Positions 28,653 through 38,680 are shown, counted from the stretch's first letter. The stretch: 54,067 bases of DNA from Thermoanaerobaculia bacterium (GCA_041483715.1 JBGPGG010000004.1:1-54067); one strand, 5' to 3'. The notes: generated by a model from the sequence alone, not told the origin. A program made the numbers and translations.

Positions 28653-30782
28653 TTGCTGCAGGTCGCGATTTCCGGAGGCGAGGTCCAGGTCGTCGAAGTC
28701 CCGGAGCCGGCCCTCCGGTCGGGCGGCGTCCTCGTCCGGACGAGTCATTCGCTCATCAGCGCCGGGACAGAGTCGGCCAGCCTCGGTAGCGGCGGCGGCA
28801 AAGAGAGCCTCCTCGTCAAGGCTCTTCGCAATCCCCACCTCGCGCGCAAGGTGATGGATCGGGTCGCCAGCCACGGGTTGAAGAGCACCGTGGAACTGGT
28901 CCGGTCTCGCGTGTCCAGCGAACAGGCGGTTGGATACGCGTGCGCCGGCGTTGTCATCGACGTGGCCCCCGGTGTGAGTCGCTTCCGCCGCGGCGACCGC
29001 GTGGCATGCTGCGGGGCGGGCTACGCCAACCACGCGTCCGTCAACTCGGTGCCGGTGAACCTGCTCGCCCGGCTTCCCGACCGTGTCTCCTTCGAGGAAG
29101 GGGCCTTTGCGACGCTCGGCGCCATCGCCCTGCAGGGCGTTCGCCGTGCGGCGCCGGTTCTCGGGGATCGGGTGATCGTTCTCGGGCTGGGACTGCTCGG
29201 GCAACTCACGGCCCAACTCCTCCGCAGCAGCGGGGCGGTCGTGATCGGTGTGGACGTGCGGGCCGACCGGGTGGAGCGCGCCCGCGCGCTCGGGATGGCA
29301 CACGGTTTCACGGTGACCGAACGGGACTTCGTGGCCGGCGTGCTGGAACGTACCGATGGGCGCGGCGCCGATGCCGTCATCATCACCGCTGCGGGCAGCG
29401 ACGCGGCCCTGCTGAACAACAGCTTCGAGGCATGCCGCCGGAAGGGGCGCGTGGTACTCGTCGGCGACGTCCCGATCCGAATCCAGCGGGACAAGATCTA
29501 CGCGAAGGAGCTGGACTTCCTCATCTCCACCTCCTACGGCCCCGGCCGTTACGACTCCGACTACGAGGAGAAGGGGATTGACTATCCCTTCGCCTATGTT
29601 CGCTGGACCGAAGGGCGCAACCTCGAGGAGATCGTCCGGCTCATCGATACCGGAGACCTGAAGGTCCGGGCCCTCATCGACGCCGTTCACTCGGTTGAAG
29701 AAGCTCTCGAGGCCTATCGGTCGCTCGGTTCCGAACCGCGCCCCGTCGGTGTCTTGCTGGACTACCACCTCGACCCGCAGAACGAAGCGCCGGCACAGCG
29801 CCTTTACGCGCCGCGCCGAGCCGCAGCCCGCGCCGCCGCAGGAGCCATCCAGGTTGGCGTGATCGGTTTCGGCGCCTACTTCCGAAGCGTCCTGCTTCCG
29901 CTCCTGAAGGCTCGCCCGGAAATTTTTCTCGCCTCCGTCTGCTCCCGCAACGGCTTGACGGTCCGGGGCGCGGTAGAAACGCACGGCTTCGCCAGGGGAA
30001 CGACCGATTGGCGCGAGATCGTCCGCGACCCGGAGGTCGATGTCGTCTACGTCGCCTCGCGCCACGACCAGCACTACCCCATGGCCAGGGAGGCAGTAGA
30101 GGCCGGCAAGACGGTTTTTGTCGAGAAGCCGATGACCATGACGTCGAGCGACGGACGTGCCCTGGCCGACCTCGTGTCGCAGCGCAAGACGCTGTTGACC
30201 GTCGGGTTCAACCGACGCTTCTCCCCTCACGCCGTCCGGCTGCGCCAGCTGCTCGAGCCCTTGTCCGGCCCGAAAACGATGATCTACCGCGTCAACGCCG
30301 GGGCGCTCCCCGCGGACCACTGGCTCCTCGAGCCGACGGAAGGCGGAGGGCGCTTGCTCGGCGAGGGTGTCCACTTCTTTGACTTCCTCGCATTCGCCTG
30401 CGGGGCGGCCCCGGTCCGGGTCCACGCCGTCTCCCCGCCCGGGAAAGCGTTGGACGAGGCGGTCGTGACCATCGAGTTCGAAGACGGCTCCATCGGGATA
30501 CTCGTCTACTCCGGCGCGGGAGCCTCGACGGCACATAAGGAGCGCGTGGAGATCTTCGCCGGTGGCGCCACCCTGGTGCTCGACGACTTCCGAAGCCTCG
30601 AGGTCTACGGCCTGCGGGACGGCGGGACAAGAACCCACCGGGTCGAGAAGGGCCAGAAGGAGCAGCTCGCCAATTTGGTGGCCGCGCTTCGCGGAAATGA
30701 AGACCTCGGCGTCACGGCGGAGGACGGCTGGCGCGCCACCTGGTGTGCGGAAAGGGCGAGGGAGGCTCCGCGCGATCGATGA
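28653..30782 (+). CDS. Bi-domain oxidoreductase (Zn-ADH-like + Gfo/Idh/MocA)
   Basis: SLISAGTE, GLGLLG, SYGPGRYD, WTEGRN, FVEKP and GFNRRF motifs. Confidence 0.9.
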   Translation: MLQVAISGGEVQVVEVPEPALRSGGVLVRTSHSLISAGTESASLGSGGGKESLLVKALRNPHLARKVMDRVASHGLKSTVELVRSRVSSEQAVGYACAGVVIDVAPGVSRFRRGDRVACCGAGYANHASVNSVPVNLLARLPDRVSFEEGAFATLGAIALQGVRRAAPVLGDRVIVLGLGLLGQLTAQLLRSSGAVVIGVDVRADRVERARALGMAHGFTVTERDFVAGVLERTDGRGADAVIITAAGSDAALLNNSFEACRRKGRVVLVGDVPIRIQRDKIYAKELDFLISTSYGPGRYDSDYEEKGIDYPFAYVRWTEGRNLEEIVRLIDTGDLKVRALIDAVHSVEEALEAYRSLGSEPRPVGVLLDYHLDPQNEAPAQRLYAPRRAAARAAAGAIQVGVIGFGAYFRSVLLPLLKARPEIFLASVCSRNGLTVRGAVETHGFARGTTDWREIVRDPEVDVVYVASRHDQHYPMAREAVEAGKTVFVEKPMTMTSSDGRALADLVSQRKTLLTVGFNRRFSPHAVRLRQLLEPLSGPKTMIYRVNAGALPADHWLLEPTEGGGRLLGEGVHFFDFLAFACGAAPVRVHAVSPPGKALDEAVVTIEFEDGSIGILVYSGAGASTAHKERVEIFAGGATLVLDDFRSLEVYGLRDGGTRTHRVEKGQKEQLANLVAALRGNEDLGVTAEDGWRATWCAERAREAPRDR

Positions 30783-30833
30783 CGCCAGCGCTCCCGAGCT
30801 GACATCGATGCCGGAAACCGGAAAGGGGTCGCG

Positions 30834-31937
30834 ATGACAGGTCGCCCGAAGGTCCTGCACGTCGTCGGTGCGCGGCCCAACTTCATGAAGGTCGCGCCCG
30901 TGATGGAGGCCCTCGCGGTGCGAGGCCTCGTGCAGCAGCGGCTGATCCACACGGGACAGCACTCCGACGAACGGATGGCGGACGTCTTCTTCCGGGATCT
31001 GGGCCTGCCGCGGCCGGACCGAGACCTGGGGGTCGGGGGCGGTTCCCAGGCGGAGCAAACGGCGGCGCTCCTGGTTCGAATTGAGGAAGCGCTCGAGGAG
31101 GAACGGCCCGATATCGTCGTCGTCGTCGGCGATGTCAATTCGACGCTCGCGGCCTCGCTCGTCGCCGCGAAGGCCGCGATCCCGATTGCGCACGTGGAGG
31201 CGGGGCTGCGTTCCTTCGACCTCTCGATGCCGGAGGAAATCAACCGGATCGTGACGGACCGACTGGCTTCCATCCTGCTCACGCCCTCTCGCGACGCAGA
31301 CCTCAACCTCCGCAGAGAAGGCGTGCCGGAGGAGAAGATCCATTTCGTGGGCAACGTGATGATCGACACCCTTCGGCGCCATCGAGAAAGGGCGCCGTGG
31401 CCGGAGGTCGGGGCCCGCTTTGGGGTGGAGGAGCGAAGGTTTGCCGTTCTCACGCTCCACCGTCCAGGCAACGTGGACGAGGCGGCGACCTTTTCCAGGA
31501 TTCTCGACCGGCTCGAGCCTGTCGCGCGCAAGCTCCCGATCCTCTTTCCAGTCCATCCTCGGACGGCGCGCCGGGTTGCCGAGAACGGGATGGAGGAGCG
31601 CGTCTCATTCTTGAAGCGAACGGAGCCGCTTGGCTACCTCGACTTTCTCGCCCTGATGGACCACGCTGCCATCGTCCTGACCGACTCGGGGGGGGTCCAG
31701 GAGGAGACGACGGTGCTCGGCGTGCCTTGCTTCACGCTCCGGGACAACACGGAGCGTCCGGTCACTATCGCGCAGGGGACGAATACCCTCGTCGGGGCGG
31801 ACGGCCGCGATCTTGCAGCGGCCTTTCTGGAGTTCGAGCGGGACGGCGGCAAGCGCGGCCGCGCACCCGAAAAATGGGACGGCGCCGCCGCAACGCGGGT
31901 GGCGGAAGTGTTCGAGCGGTTCCTGGGCCTTTCGTAG
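30834..31937 (+). CDS. wecB: UDP-N-acetylglucosamine 2-epimerase (non-hydrolysing)
   Basis: GARPNFMK, HTGQH, HVEAGLRS, MPEEINR and TDSGGVQEE motifs. Confidence 0.95.
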   Translation: MTGRPKVLHVVGARPNFMKVAPVMEALAVRGLVQQRLIHTGQHSDERMADVFFRDLGLPRPDRDLGVGGGSQAEQTAALLVRIEEALEEERPDIVVVVGDVNSTLAASLVAAKAAIPIAHVEAGLRSFDLSMPEEINRIVTDRLASILLTPSRDADLNLRREGVPEEKIHFVGNVMIDTLRRHRERAPWPEVGARFGVEERRFAVLTLHRPGNVDEAATFSRILDRLEPVARKLPILFPVHPRTARRVAENGMEERVSFLKRTEPLGYLDFLALMDHAAIVLTDSGGVQEETTVLGVPCFTLRDNTERPVTIAQGTNTLVGADGRDLAAAFLEFERDGGKRGRAPEKWDGAAATRVAEVFERFLGLS

Positions 31938-31954
31938 CGCCCGCCTTTTGCCCG

Positions 31955-33184
31955 ATGCGCATCCTCTGGGTCACACAATGGTTTCCGCCGGACTTCGGCG
32001 CGCTGCCGGCACGGCTGACCGAGATGGCGAGCGTCTGGACGGAAGCCGGACACGAGGTCACGGTCGTGACCGCGTTTCCGCACCATCCCCTCGGCGTGAT
32101 CCCGGACACATACCGGGGAAAATGGACGATGGAGGAGCGGTACGAGGGCCTTCGCGTGATCCGCTGCCGCCTCTGGGCGCTTCCCAACCGTCGGTTCTGG
32201 CAACGGGTCTTCTGTCAGATCTCTTTCGCGGTGACCTCCGTGCTGCTCGCGCTCGGCCGCCCGGCAAAACCCGACGCCGTCATCGTCAGCTCGCCTCCCT
32301 TCTTCACGCTCCCGGCCGGACTCCTCTTCGCGCGGCGCTACCGCGCCCGTTTCGTCGTCGAGGTGCGAGACCTCTGGCCCGAGGTCTTGCTCGCGACCGG
32401 CGCGCTGTCCCGGGGCATCCTGTATCGGTTGCTCGAGAGAGCGGAGATGGCGTTCTACCGGGCAGCGGACCGCGTGGTCGTTGTCACGAGCTCCTTCCAG
32501 GGCGACCTGGTCGGTCGCGGCATCTCGAAGGAGACGCTCGCCTTCGTCCCCAATGGAGCTGACCTCGATTTCTACGGCCCACGCCAGCCCTCTCTGGACC
32601 TCCGGCGCAGGCTCGGCGGAGAGGGGAAGTTCCTCGTTACCTACGTCGGCACGCACGGGCTGGCGACGGGGCTCGAACAGATCCTCGATGCCGCGCAGGC
32701 GCTGCAGGACGACCCCGGGTTCGCATTCGCGCTCGTCGGGGAGGGCGCGCAACGCGACGCGCTGATCGAAGAGAGCCGACGCCGCCGCCTCCGCAACGTG
32801 GTCTTCCATCCGGCGCTTCCCAAAGCGGCCATGCCCGAAGTGTACGCGAGCTCGGACGCCTGCCTGGTCTGCCTGCGCCCTCTCCCCCTCTTCGAGAAAT
32901 TCATTCCTTCCAAGATCTTCGAGATCCTCGCGTGCGGCCGCCCGCTCGTCGCGGCGCTCGCCGGCGAGGCCGCGGACATTGTCCGCGCGGCCGGCGGCCG
33001 CGTCACGCCGCCCGGAGATGGCGGCGCCATCGCGCGCGCCCTGCGTGACATTCGGAGCTCGCCGGAGGCTCGCCGCGAGATGGAGCATTCGGCCCGTCCG
33101 TACGTCGCCGCGCATTTCGACCGGCGCGAGCTGGCGCGGCGCTATCTCGCCATTCTCGAATCGATCGTCGGAGTGCCGCGCTAA
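31955..33184 (+). CDS. Glycosyltransferase family 4, WbuB-like
   Basis: MRILWVTQWFPPD, EVRDLWPE and IPSKIFEILACGRP motifs. Confidence 0.9.
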   Translation: MRILWVTQWFPPDFGALPARLTEMASVWTEAGHEVTVVTAFPHHPLGVIPDTYRGKWTMEERYEGLRVIRCRLWALPNRRFWQRVFCQISFAVTSVLLALGRPAKPDAVIVSSPPFFTLPAGLLFARRYRARFVVEVRDLWPEVLLATGALSRGILYRLLERAEMAFYRAADRVVVVTSSFQGDLVGRGISKETLAFVPNGADLDFYGPRQPSLDLRRRLGGEGKFLVTYVGTHGLATGLEQILDAAQALQDDPGFAFALVGEGAQRDALIEESRRRRLRNVVFHPALPKAAMPEVYASSDACLVCLRPLPLFEKFIPSKIFEILACGRPLVAALAGEAADIVRAAGGRVTPPGDGGAIARALRDIRSSPEARREMEHSARPYVAAHFDRRELARRYLAILESIVGVPR

Positions 33185-34986
33185 CCGGCACCCACCTCGG
33201 TCAACCGGATCTCCCGGATCTCGACCGACGTCCTCCGACAGCTCTCCACGAGGTGGGCGCGCTGTGCGGCCTCGAGCTTCGATACGGCGATCACCACCGC
33301 TTCGATCGGCTCCTCCGCCAGGATCCGCTCGAGCTCGTTGAGACAGCCGAGGACCGGAATCCCCGACAGCCGGCGCCCGATCTTCTCCGGGTCGTCGTCG
33401 AGAAAGCCGACGACCCGGTACATGCGGCCGTGGTCCGTCTTGAGCAATCGCAGCGCGGCTTCGCCGAGGTTTCCCGCACCGAGGATCAGGACGCGGAGCC
33501 CCCGGTCCTGGAGCCGGCCGCCGAAGATGTCGTGAAGGGAGCGCAGCGCGAGGCGTGAGAAGCAGACGGCGGACACCGTGAGTAATCCATCGATCAACAT
33601 GACCGCCCGCGAGTAGCCGTGGAAGCGGGTCACGATGACCAGACCGGTCACGAACAGGGCCGACGAGGCCAGGACGGCCTTGCCGATCGAGAGCGCGTCA
33701 TGCAGCGAGAAGGCGCCGGGGACCGTGCGGTAGAGGCCGAAGGCGAAAAACGAGATGAGCCGCACGCCAACGAGAAACGGCAGGGATTGGGCCATGAGCC
33801 TGGCGTCCTCGACCGACAGATCGCCCTCCCAGCGAAGCAGGTAAGCCCCGAGGTAAGAGATCACAACGATGACGAGGTCGACCGTAACGTCGAGGATGCG
33901 GCGCTTGTGCGCAATGAACGTGTCGAGAACGAAGAATCCACGCCTGTGCGCCTGCTCGAGAGCGCCGGGATCGGTTCGATACACCTGCACGGACCCCAGG
34001 TAGGCTCCAAAGTAATAGATCGACAGAATGACGATGAGAAACATCACGATCAGCAGAGAGGCGGGGAATCGGGGCGCGAGCAGCGAGAACAACCCGGTCG
34101 AGGCTGCGAGGAGGTAGAGCGTCAGGACCGCTCCGCGCTCCGAAAGACCGAGCGAAACGAGGCGATGGCTAGAGTGGTCCCGGCCCCCAACGGCGATCGA
34201 TCGCCGGTTGAGGATCCGCAGCACGGTGACCAGGCTCGTATCGAAGATCGGGATGGCCAGCACCAGCAGGGGAACCGCGATGATCGAGAGGCTGACCAGC
34301 GGTCGGCTGCCCACGTCGATCAGCGTCAGCGTGCCGAGGGAGTATCCGAGGAAGAGGCTCCCGCTGTCGCCCATGAAGATCGAGGCCGGTCGAAAATTGA
34401 ATACCAGGAATCCGAGCGCGGCGCCGGCCACGCTCACGGCGGCAGCCGTCAGGGGCCGATTCCCCAACGGGACGACGTGCACCGCCAGAAACCCGGCGGC
34501 GATCGCCGAGATTCCCGCGGCCAGACCGTCCATGTTGTCGAGGAGGTTCATGGCGTTCGTGATTCCGACGATCCAGACCAGGACGACCAGGAAAGACACG
34601 ATCGGGTGGAAGCCCGGAATCGATAGGCCGGCATAGAGCGGGATCATGGCGACGAGGATCTGCCCGATCAGCTTACCCGCCGGCCGCAGGCGCCACAGGT
34701 CATCGCAGAGGCCGAGCAGCGAGACCGCTGCGGCGCCCCCGACCCATGCCGCGAGGAGGGGACCAGGCCGAAGGCGGCTCATGAGAAGAAACGTCGCCAG
34801 CGAACCGATCGCGATCGCCGGGCCGCCGAGCAGCGCCGTGGGCCTGCGGTGCCAGCGGCCCTCGCTCGGCGCGGCCACGAGACCGAGGCGCCGCGCCACG
34901 CGGCGGCAAGCCGGCGTCAGAACGAAGGCAAACGCGAAACTGAGGGCAAAGCCGGAGGCCAGACTCCCGGTCTCAGACGGCCACAC
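33181..34986 (-). CDS. WecA/MraY-family UndP sugar-1-P transferase fused to a CapD-N/CoA-binding-like module
   Basis: NAMNLLDNMDGL, IFMGDSGS and DHSSHRL motifs, then YR..F...D TM module, ILGAGNLG and GFLDDDPEKIG. Confidence 0.85.
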   Translation of the reverse strand: MWPSETGSLASGFALSFAFAFVLTPACRRVARRLGLVAAPSEGRWHRRPTALLGGPAIAIGSLATFLLMSRLRPGPLLAAWVGGAAAVSLLGLCDDLWRLRPAGKLIGQILVAMIPLYAGLSIPGFHPIVSFLVVLVWIVGITNAMNLLDNMDGLAAGISAIAAGFLAVHVVPLGNRPLTAAAVSVAGAALGFLVFNFRPASIFMGDSGSLFLGYSLGTLTLIDVGSRPLVSLSIIAVPLLVLAIPIFDTSLVTVLRILNRRSIAVGGRDHSSHRLVSLGLSERGAVLTLYLLAASTGLFSLLAPRFPASLLIVMFLIVILSIYYFGAYLGSVQVYRTDPGALEQAHRRGFFVLDTFIAHKRRILDVTVDLVIVVISYLGAYLLRWEGDLSVEDARLMAQSLPFLVGVRLISFFAFGLYRTVPGAFSLHDALSIGKAVLASSALFVTGLVIVTRFHGYSRAVMLIDGLLTVSAVCFSRLALRSLHDIFGGRLQDRGLRVLILGAGNLGEAALRLLKTDHGRMYRVVGFLDDDPEKIGRRLSGIPVLGCLNELERILAEEPIEAVVIAVSKLEAAQRAHLVESCRRTSVEIREIRLTEVGAG

Positions 34987-35944
34987 GGTAGTACTCGGCG
35001 ACGCGGTCGATGATCTCCGTCAACGGCGTCCGCGCCTCGAATCCCACCAGCTCAAACGCCTTTCGGGTGTCGGGAACCCGCCGCCGCATGTCTTCGAATC
35101 CCACCCGGTACGCTTCCTCGTAGGGAATCGAGACGATGTCCGAAGGGCTCTCCAGGCGGCGCTTCACGAGTTCCGCGAGCTCTCGGATCGAGATCTCCTG
35201 GTCGGAACCGATATTGAAGACTCCTCCGTATGCCGCCTCGCTCTGGATCAGGCGAACGATCGCCGGAACGACATCGCCGACATAGGCAAAGCAGCGCGAC
35301 TGCATGCCGTCGCCGTAGACCGTGATCGGGGATCCGGCCAGAGCCTGCTTGACGAAGTTGGGCAGCACCATTCCGTAGCGGCCCCTTTGTCTCGGTCCGA
35401 CCGTGTTGAAGAGGCGCCCGATGACGACGGGCAGACCGCTCTCGTGAAAGTAGGCGATTCCGAGGAACTCGTCGAGCGCTTTGCTGCAGGCGTACGACCA
35501 TCGGCCTCGCGTGGTGGGGCCGAGCACCAGGTCGTCGTCCTCCGCAAACGGGACCCTCGAGGTCTTTCCGTACACCTCGGAGGTGGACGTGATGAAGACC
35601 GGTTGTTTCCTCCGATTCGCGAGCTCGAGCACGATCTCGGTGCCTCGAACGTTGGTCTCGATGGCGCGGACCGGGCTCTCGACGACGAGCCTGACGCCGA
35701 CGGCCGCAGCGAGGTGCAGCACGTAGTCGGCGCGGCCGACGAGCCCGGCCATCAGCGCGCGGTTCATGACGGTATCGACCACGCACTCGAACCCCGGGAA
35801 TCGTTTCAGATGCTCGATGTTTTGCAGGCGGCCGGTCGAGAGATCGTCCACGACGAGGACCCGTTCTCCGGAAGCGAGAAGGGCCTCGGCCAGGTGGCTC
35901 CCGATGAACCCGGCGCCACCGGTGATGAGATAGGTCGCCGGCAT
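34973..35944 (-). CDS. NAD-dependent epimerase/dehydratase (SDR)
   Basis: ITGGAGFIGSHL, STSEVYGK, YACSK and RLFNTVGPRQ motifs. Confidence 0.93.
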   Translation of the reverse strand: MPATYLITGGAGFIGSHLAEALLASGERVLVVDDLSTGRLQNIEHLKRFPGFECVVDTVMNRALMAGLVGRADYVLHLAAAVGVRLVVESPVRAIETNVRGTEIVLELANRRKQPVFITSTSEVYGKTSRVPFAEDDDLVLGPTTRGRWSYACSKALDEFLGIAYFHESGLPVVIGRLFNTVGPRQRGRYGMVLPNFVKQALAGSPITVYGDGMQSRCFAYVGDVVPAIVRLIQSEAAYGGVFNIGSDQEISIRELAELVKRRLESPSDIVSIPYEEAYRVGFEDMRRRVPDTRKAFELVGFEARTPLTEIIDRVAEYYRVAV

Positions 35945-36287
35945 TCCAGCGACAATAGCAAATGTCGCGGGGAGGCCCGCCGTCGAGTCCCAGGCGAGTG
36001 CCGGCTGTCGCAGCGGACTCGCTCATCGGCCCGGCGCCACAGGAGGCCAGATCACCCGACTTTTGCCCAACCAATAGGCGCTCAGCTCTATCAACAAAAC
36101 CGAAGCAGTCCCGCACACTCTGACCATTCGAGGCGCTTCGGGACGTTCATGCCGCCGGGTCGTGGTCGGCGCCAATGCCGCGGATCTCCGGTGACATCTT
36201 GCCGACCTTCGTGATCCCGTTGGAGACGCCGCGCGGCTCTCCGGCGAAGGCCACGATCAACATCGCCTCGACCGAGCGGGCTCGCCC

Positions 36288-37811
36288 TCATCGGCGCGTT
36301 TCGCGATCGAGCACTTCGAGCGCATTGGCATAGAGGGCGTCGGCCTGCTCGGGGCTGTTGCCGATCGCCGTGAGGCCGAGCCTTCCGAACTGGGAGAGAG
36401 CCCCGACCATGTGGAACAGAACGCCTGTTTCCGTGCCGTGGCTGTAGTGCAAACGGTTGACCGTCGTGATATCGATCAAGTCCTCCGGACAGAGGCCGAT
36501 ATACGACTCCGACTTTAGGTTGTCGGTTGAGCGGTAGAACTTGGATAAGCCGCCCGGCGACTGAAAAGCGCCGGTCCCTGGATCGAGGCGGCCGCCGGTG
36601 AGGAACTGGAGTGCGAGAAATGGGTGCGTCGTACCGCCGATTCGCAGGTTGATCTCGAGGGCAAAGATGTCCCATTCAGTCTGGCCTGATCGACGCCCAA
36701 CGAAGAAGTCGATGCCGAAGCGGCTGACGACTCCTCTCCTTGCGAGGACTCCACCGACTCGCCGTCCGGCCTCCTGGATCGGCCGGCGATATGGCTCTGC
36801 CGCCGGGAACCGGCATCCCTGGTAGATCTGGCACGACGGGCCTCCGAGAATCTGGTCATGCGTCGAGAGGAGGACGACCTCGCCTTGCGGATCAATCCGA
36901 AGTTGTACGCTCGGCGAGGCTGACTCGGGATAGTCAAGACACTCCTCGACGACCCCACCCATCTCCGCAAACTTGCGTCGATAGCGATCGGATTCGGTTT
37001 GAACGGAGAACGTGAGGTCGGCCATGGCCTCGCGGATGGCACCTCGCCAGGAGGTCTTCGGGTACTGGAAGATCGCGTTACCTTGTCCGGAGAAACTGTC
37101 GTCGAGCTTGAGAACAGCCCGGCGGATGCCGGGTCGACGTTCCCGCAGCGCGTCGAGCGCCGCGACGATATCGTCCTCCGACCGAAGGTCCTCGAATCCC
37201 TCCGGCAAAGGCACGCCGGCCTCGCGGAACACCTTCCGGCTTCCCGACTTCGTCCCAAGAAAGGCCAGCGCAGGATCGACGCCGTTCAACGGTATACCGA
37301 GGAGGACGGCGAGCTTACGCTCGAGCTTCGTGGAGTTGAAGACGGTCATGAAGGCGCGAAAGGGGTCAGGAATGCCATAGCGCATCCGCTGAATCAGGCG
37401 CGGTCGCGCGAGGATTTTCGCCGTCAGCGAACGCGGAGAGGCATCATAGGCGCAAAGCAGCGTCAGGCGTGCGCGGGCGTGGCTCGCCGGTATGCCGACG
37501 AGGAGCTGGAAGTAGTACTCAAGGATCAGAGGATGGATCGGCTGAGAGGTGACGTAGACCATGTGCGCCTGCGGGTTGCGCAGACGGATCAGCAGAAACA
37601 GGAGGCGCTCCTCATAGAAGCTCGCTGCTTCAAGCTTCGAGAGCTCAGACTGATCGAGAGTCAGCGATGGGATGACGACGGATGTGTAAGGCTCCTCCTC
37701 GCGCGCCGAAAGCGCGCTCCACAGATCGCGAAGGCGGGGCTTCAACCGCTCGAACTCGGCGATTTCTTGCTCCAGCGAGAGATCCCCCGCGAATGGCGGC
37801 TTTGGAATCAC
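36288..37811 (-). CDS. PGM1-related ATP-grasp peptide ligase-like protein
   Basis: YEERLLFLLIRL, GTKSGSR, KLDDSFSGQGNA, LSTHDQILGG, EINLRIGGTTHPF and GVLFHM motifs. Confidence 0.8.
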   Translation of the reverse strand: MIPKPPFAGDLSLEQEIAEFERLKPRLRDLWSALSAREEEPYTSVVIPSLTLDQSELSKLEAASFYEERLLFLLIRLRNPQAHMVYVTSQPIHPLILEYYFQLLVGIPASHARARLTLLCAYDASPRSLTAKILARPRLIQRMRYGIPDPFRAFMTVFNSTKLERKLAVLLGIPLNGVDPALAFLGTKSGSRKVFREAGVPLPEGFEDLRSEDDIVAALDALRERRPGIRRAVLKLDDSFSGQGNAIFQYPKTSWRGAIREAMADLTFSVQTESDRYRRKFAEMGGVVEECLDYPESASPSVQLRIDPQGEVVLLSTHDQILGGPSCQIYQGCRFPAAEPYRRPIQEAGRRVGGVLARRGVVSRFGIDFFVGRRSGQTEWDIFALEINLRIGGTTHPFLALQFLTGGRLDPGTGAFQSPGGLSKFYRSTDNLKSESYIGLCPEDLIDITTVNRLHYSHGTETGVLFHMVGALSQFGRLGLTAIGNSPEQADALYANALEVLDRETRR

Positions 37812-37844
37812 GGCTGGATCTTAGCGCCAGGCTCGCTCGACAGC

Positions 37845-37965
37845 AGTGCTCCCGGGACGCAGCCAACTACCGACGCCATCTTGTGGCGGCATGATCGCCC
37901 TGTTGCTGGGCGTGTCGGCGATCGCTTGCGGGGTACCCGCATGGCGCGCGGCGCGTGTCGACGTT
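37845..37965 (+). pseudogene. C-terminal remnant of an ABC/FtsX-like (ADOP-type) permease
   Basis: Translates ...GGMIALLLGVSAIACGVPAWRAARVD, matching the PARRAARVDP tail of these permeases; no upstream gene body. Confidence 0.55.
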
Positions 37966-37982
37966 AAACCGTTCCAATCGCA

Positions 37983-38204
<222 letters not shown>

Positions 38205-38377
38205 AGAGGCGGAGGGATGGGCCCAACTCCGAACGGCGAAGGCCTATTCGCGGCGGGTGTCCCTGGGCGCGCCGTCGATCGCGGCGACATTCAAAAGAAC
38301 GATATCCCAGGTCTTGTGCGCGCGTTCCAAAGCCATGAACACGGTCCCTCGCTCGAGCGTTGCCACGGAGGCCCAGG

Positions 38378-38585
38378 TCATTTCAAGCCGTCGACCACGT
38401 AGAGATCGCAAGAGCGGCCGACGTAGGAGTAGGCGTAGGCCCTGGAGTCCGGCGGGATGGCGACGACGTCGATCTGAGAGACGCCAGTGAGATCCGCGGG
38501 AAGCAGATTGCGGAAGCGTTCCCGCCGCGCCCAGAGGCGACAGGATTTCGTACGGGCCGAGCTTCGAGCCCGAGGCCAGAGTCAC
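38378..38585 (-). pseudogene. Internally deleted Ser/Thr kinase gene (N-terminus fused out of frame to C-terminus)
   Basis: VTLASGSKLGPYEILSPLGA joined to ERFRNLLPADLTGV...AYAYSY..CDLYVVDGLK*. Confidence 0.75.
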
Positions 38586-38680
38586 TTAAGGCGGATTCTA
38601 TTCGCGCTCGCCATCGACAGGTCCGGCTTTCCGCCTCCGGGTGGATAATCGGCCGGGGCGGGAGGCAGGAAGGAGGCGTC

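Noticed and set aside
28188-31556. 1122-aa minus-strand ORF (and similar long shadow ORFs)
   Set aside because: Antisense to clearly recognisable genes; a typical high-GC artefact with no motifs.
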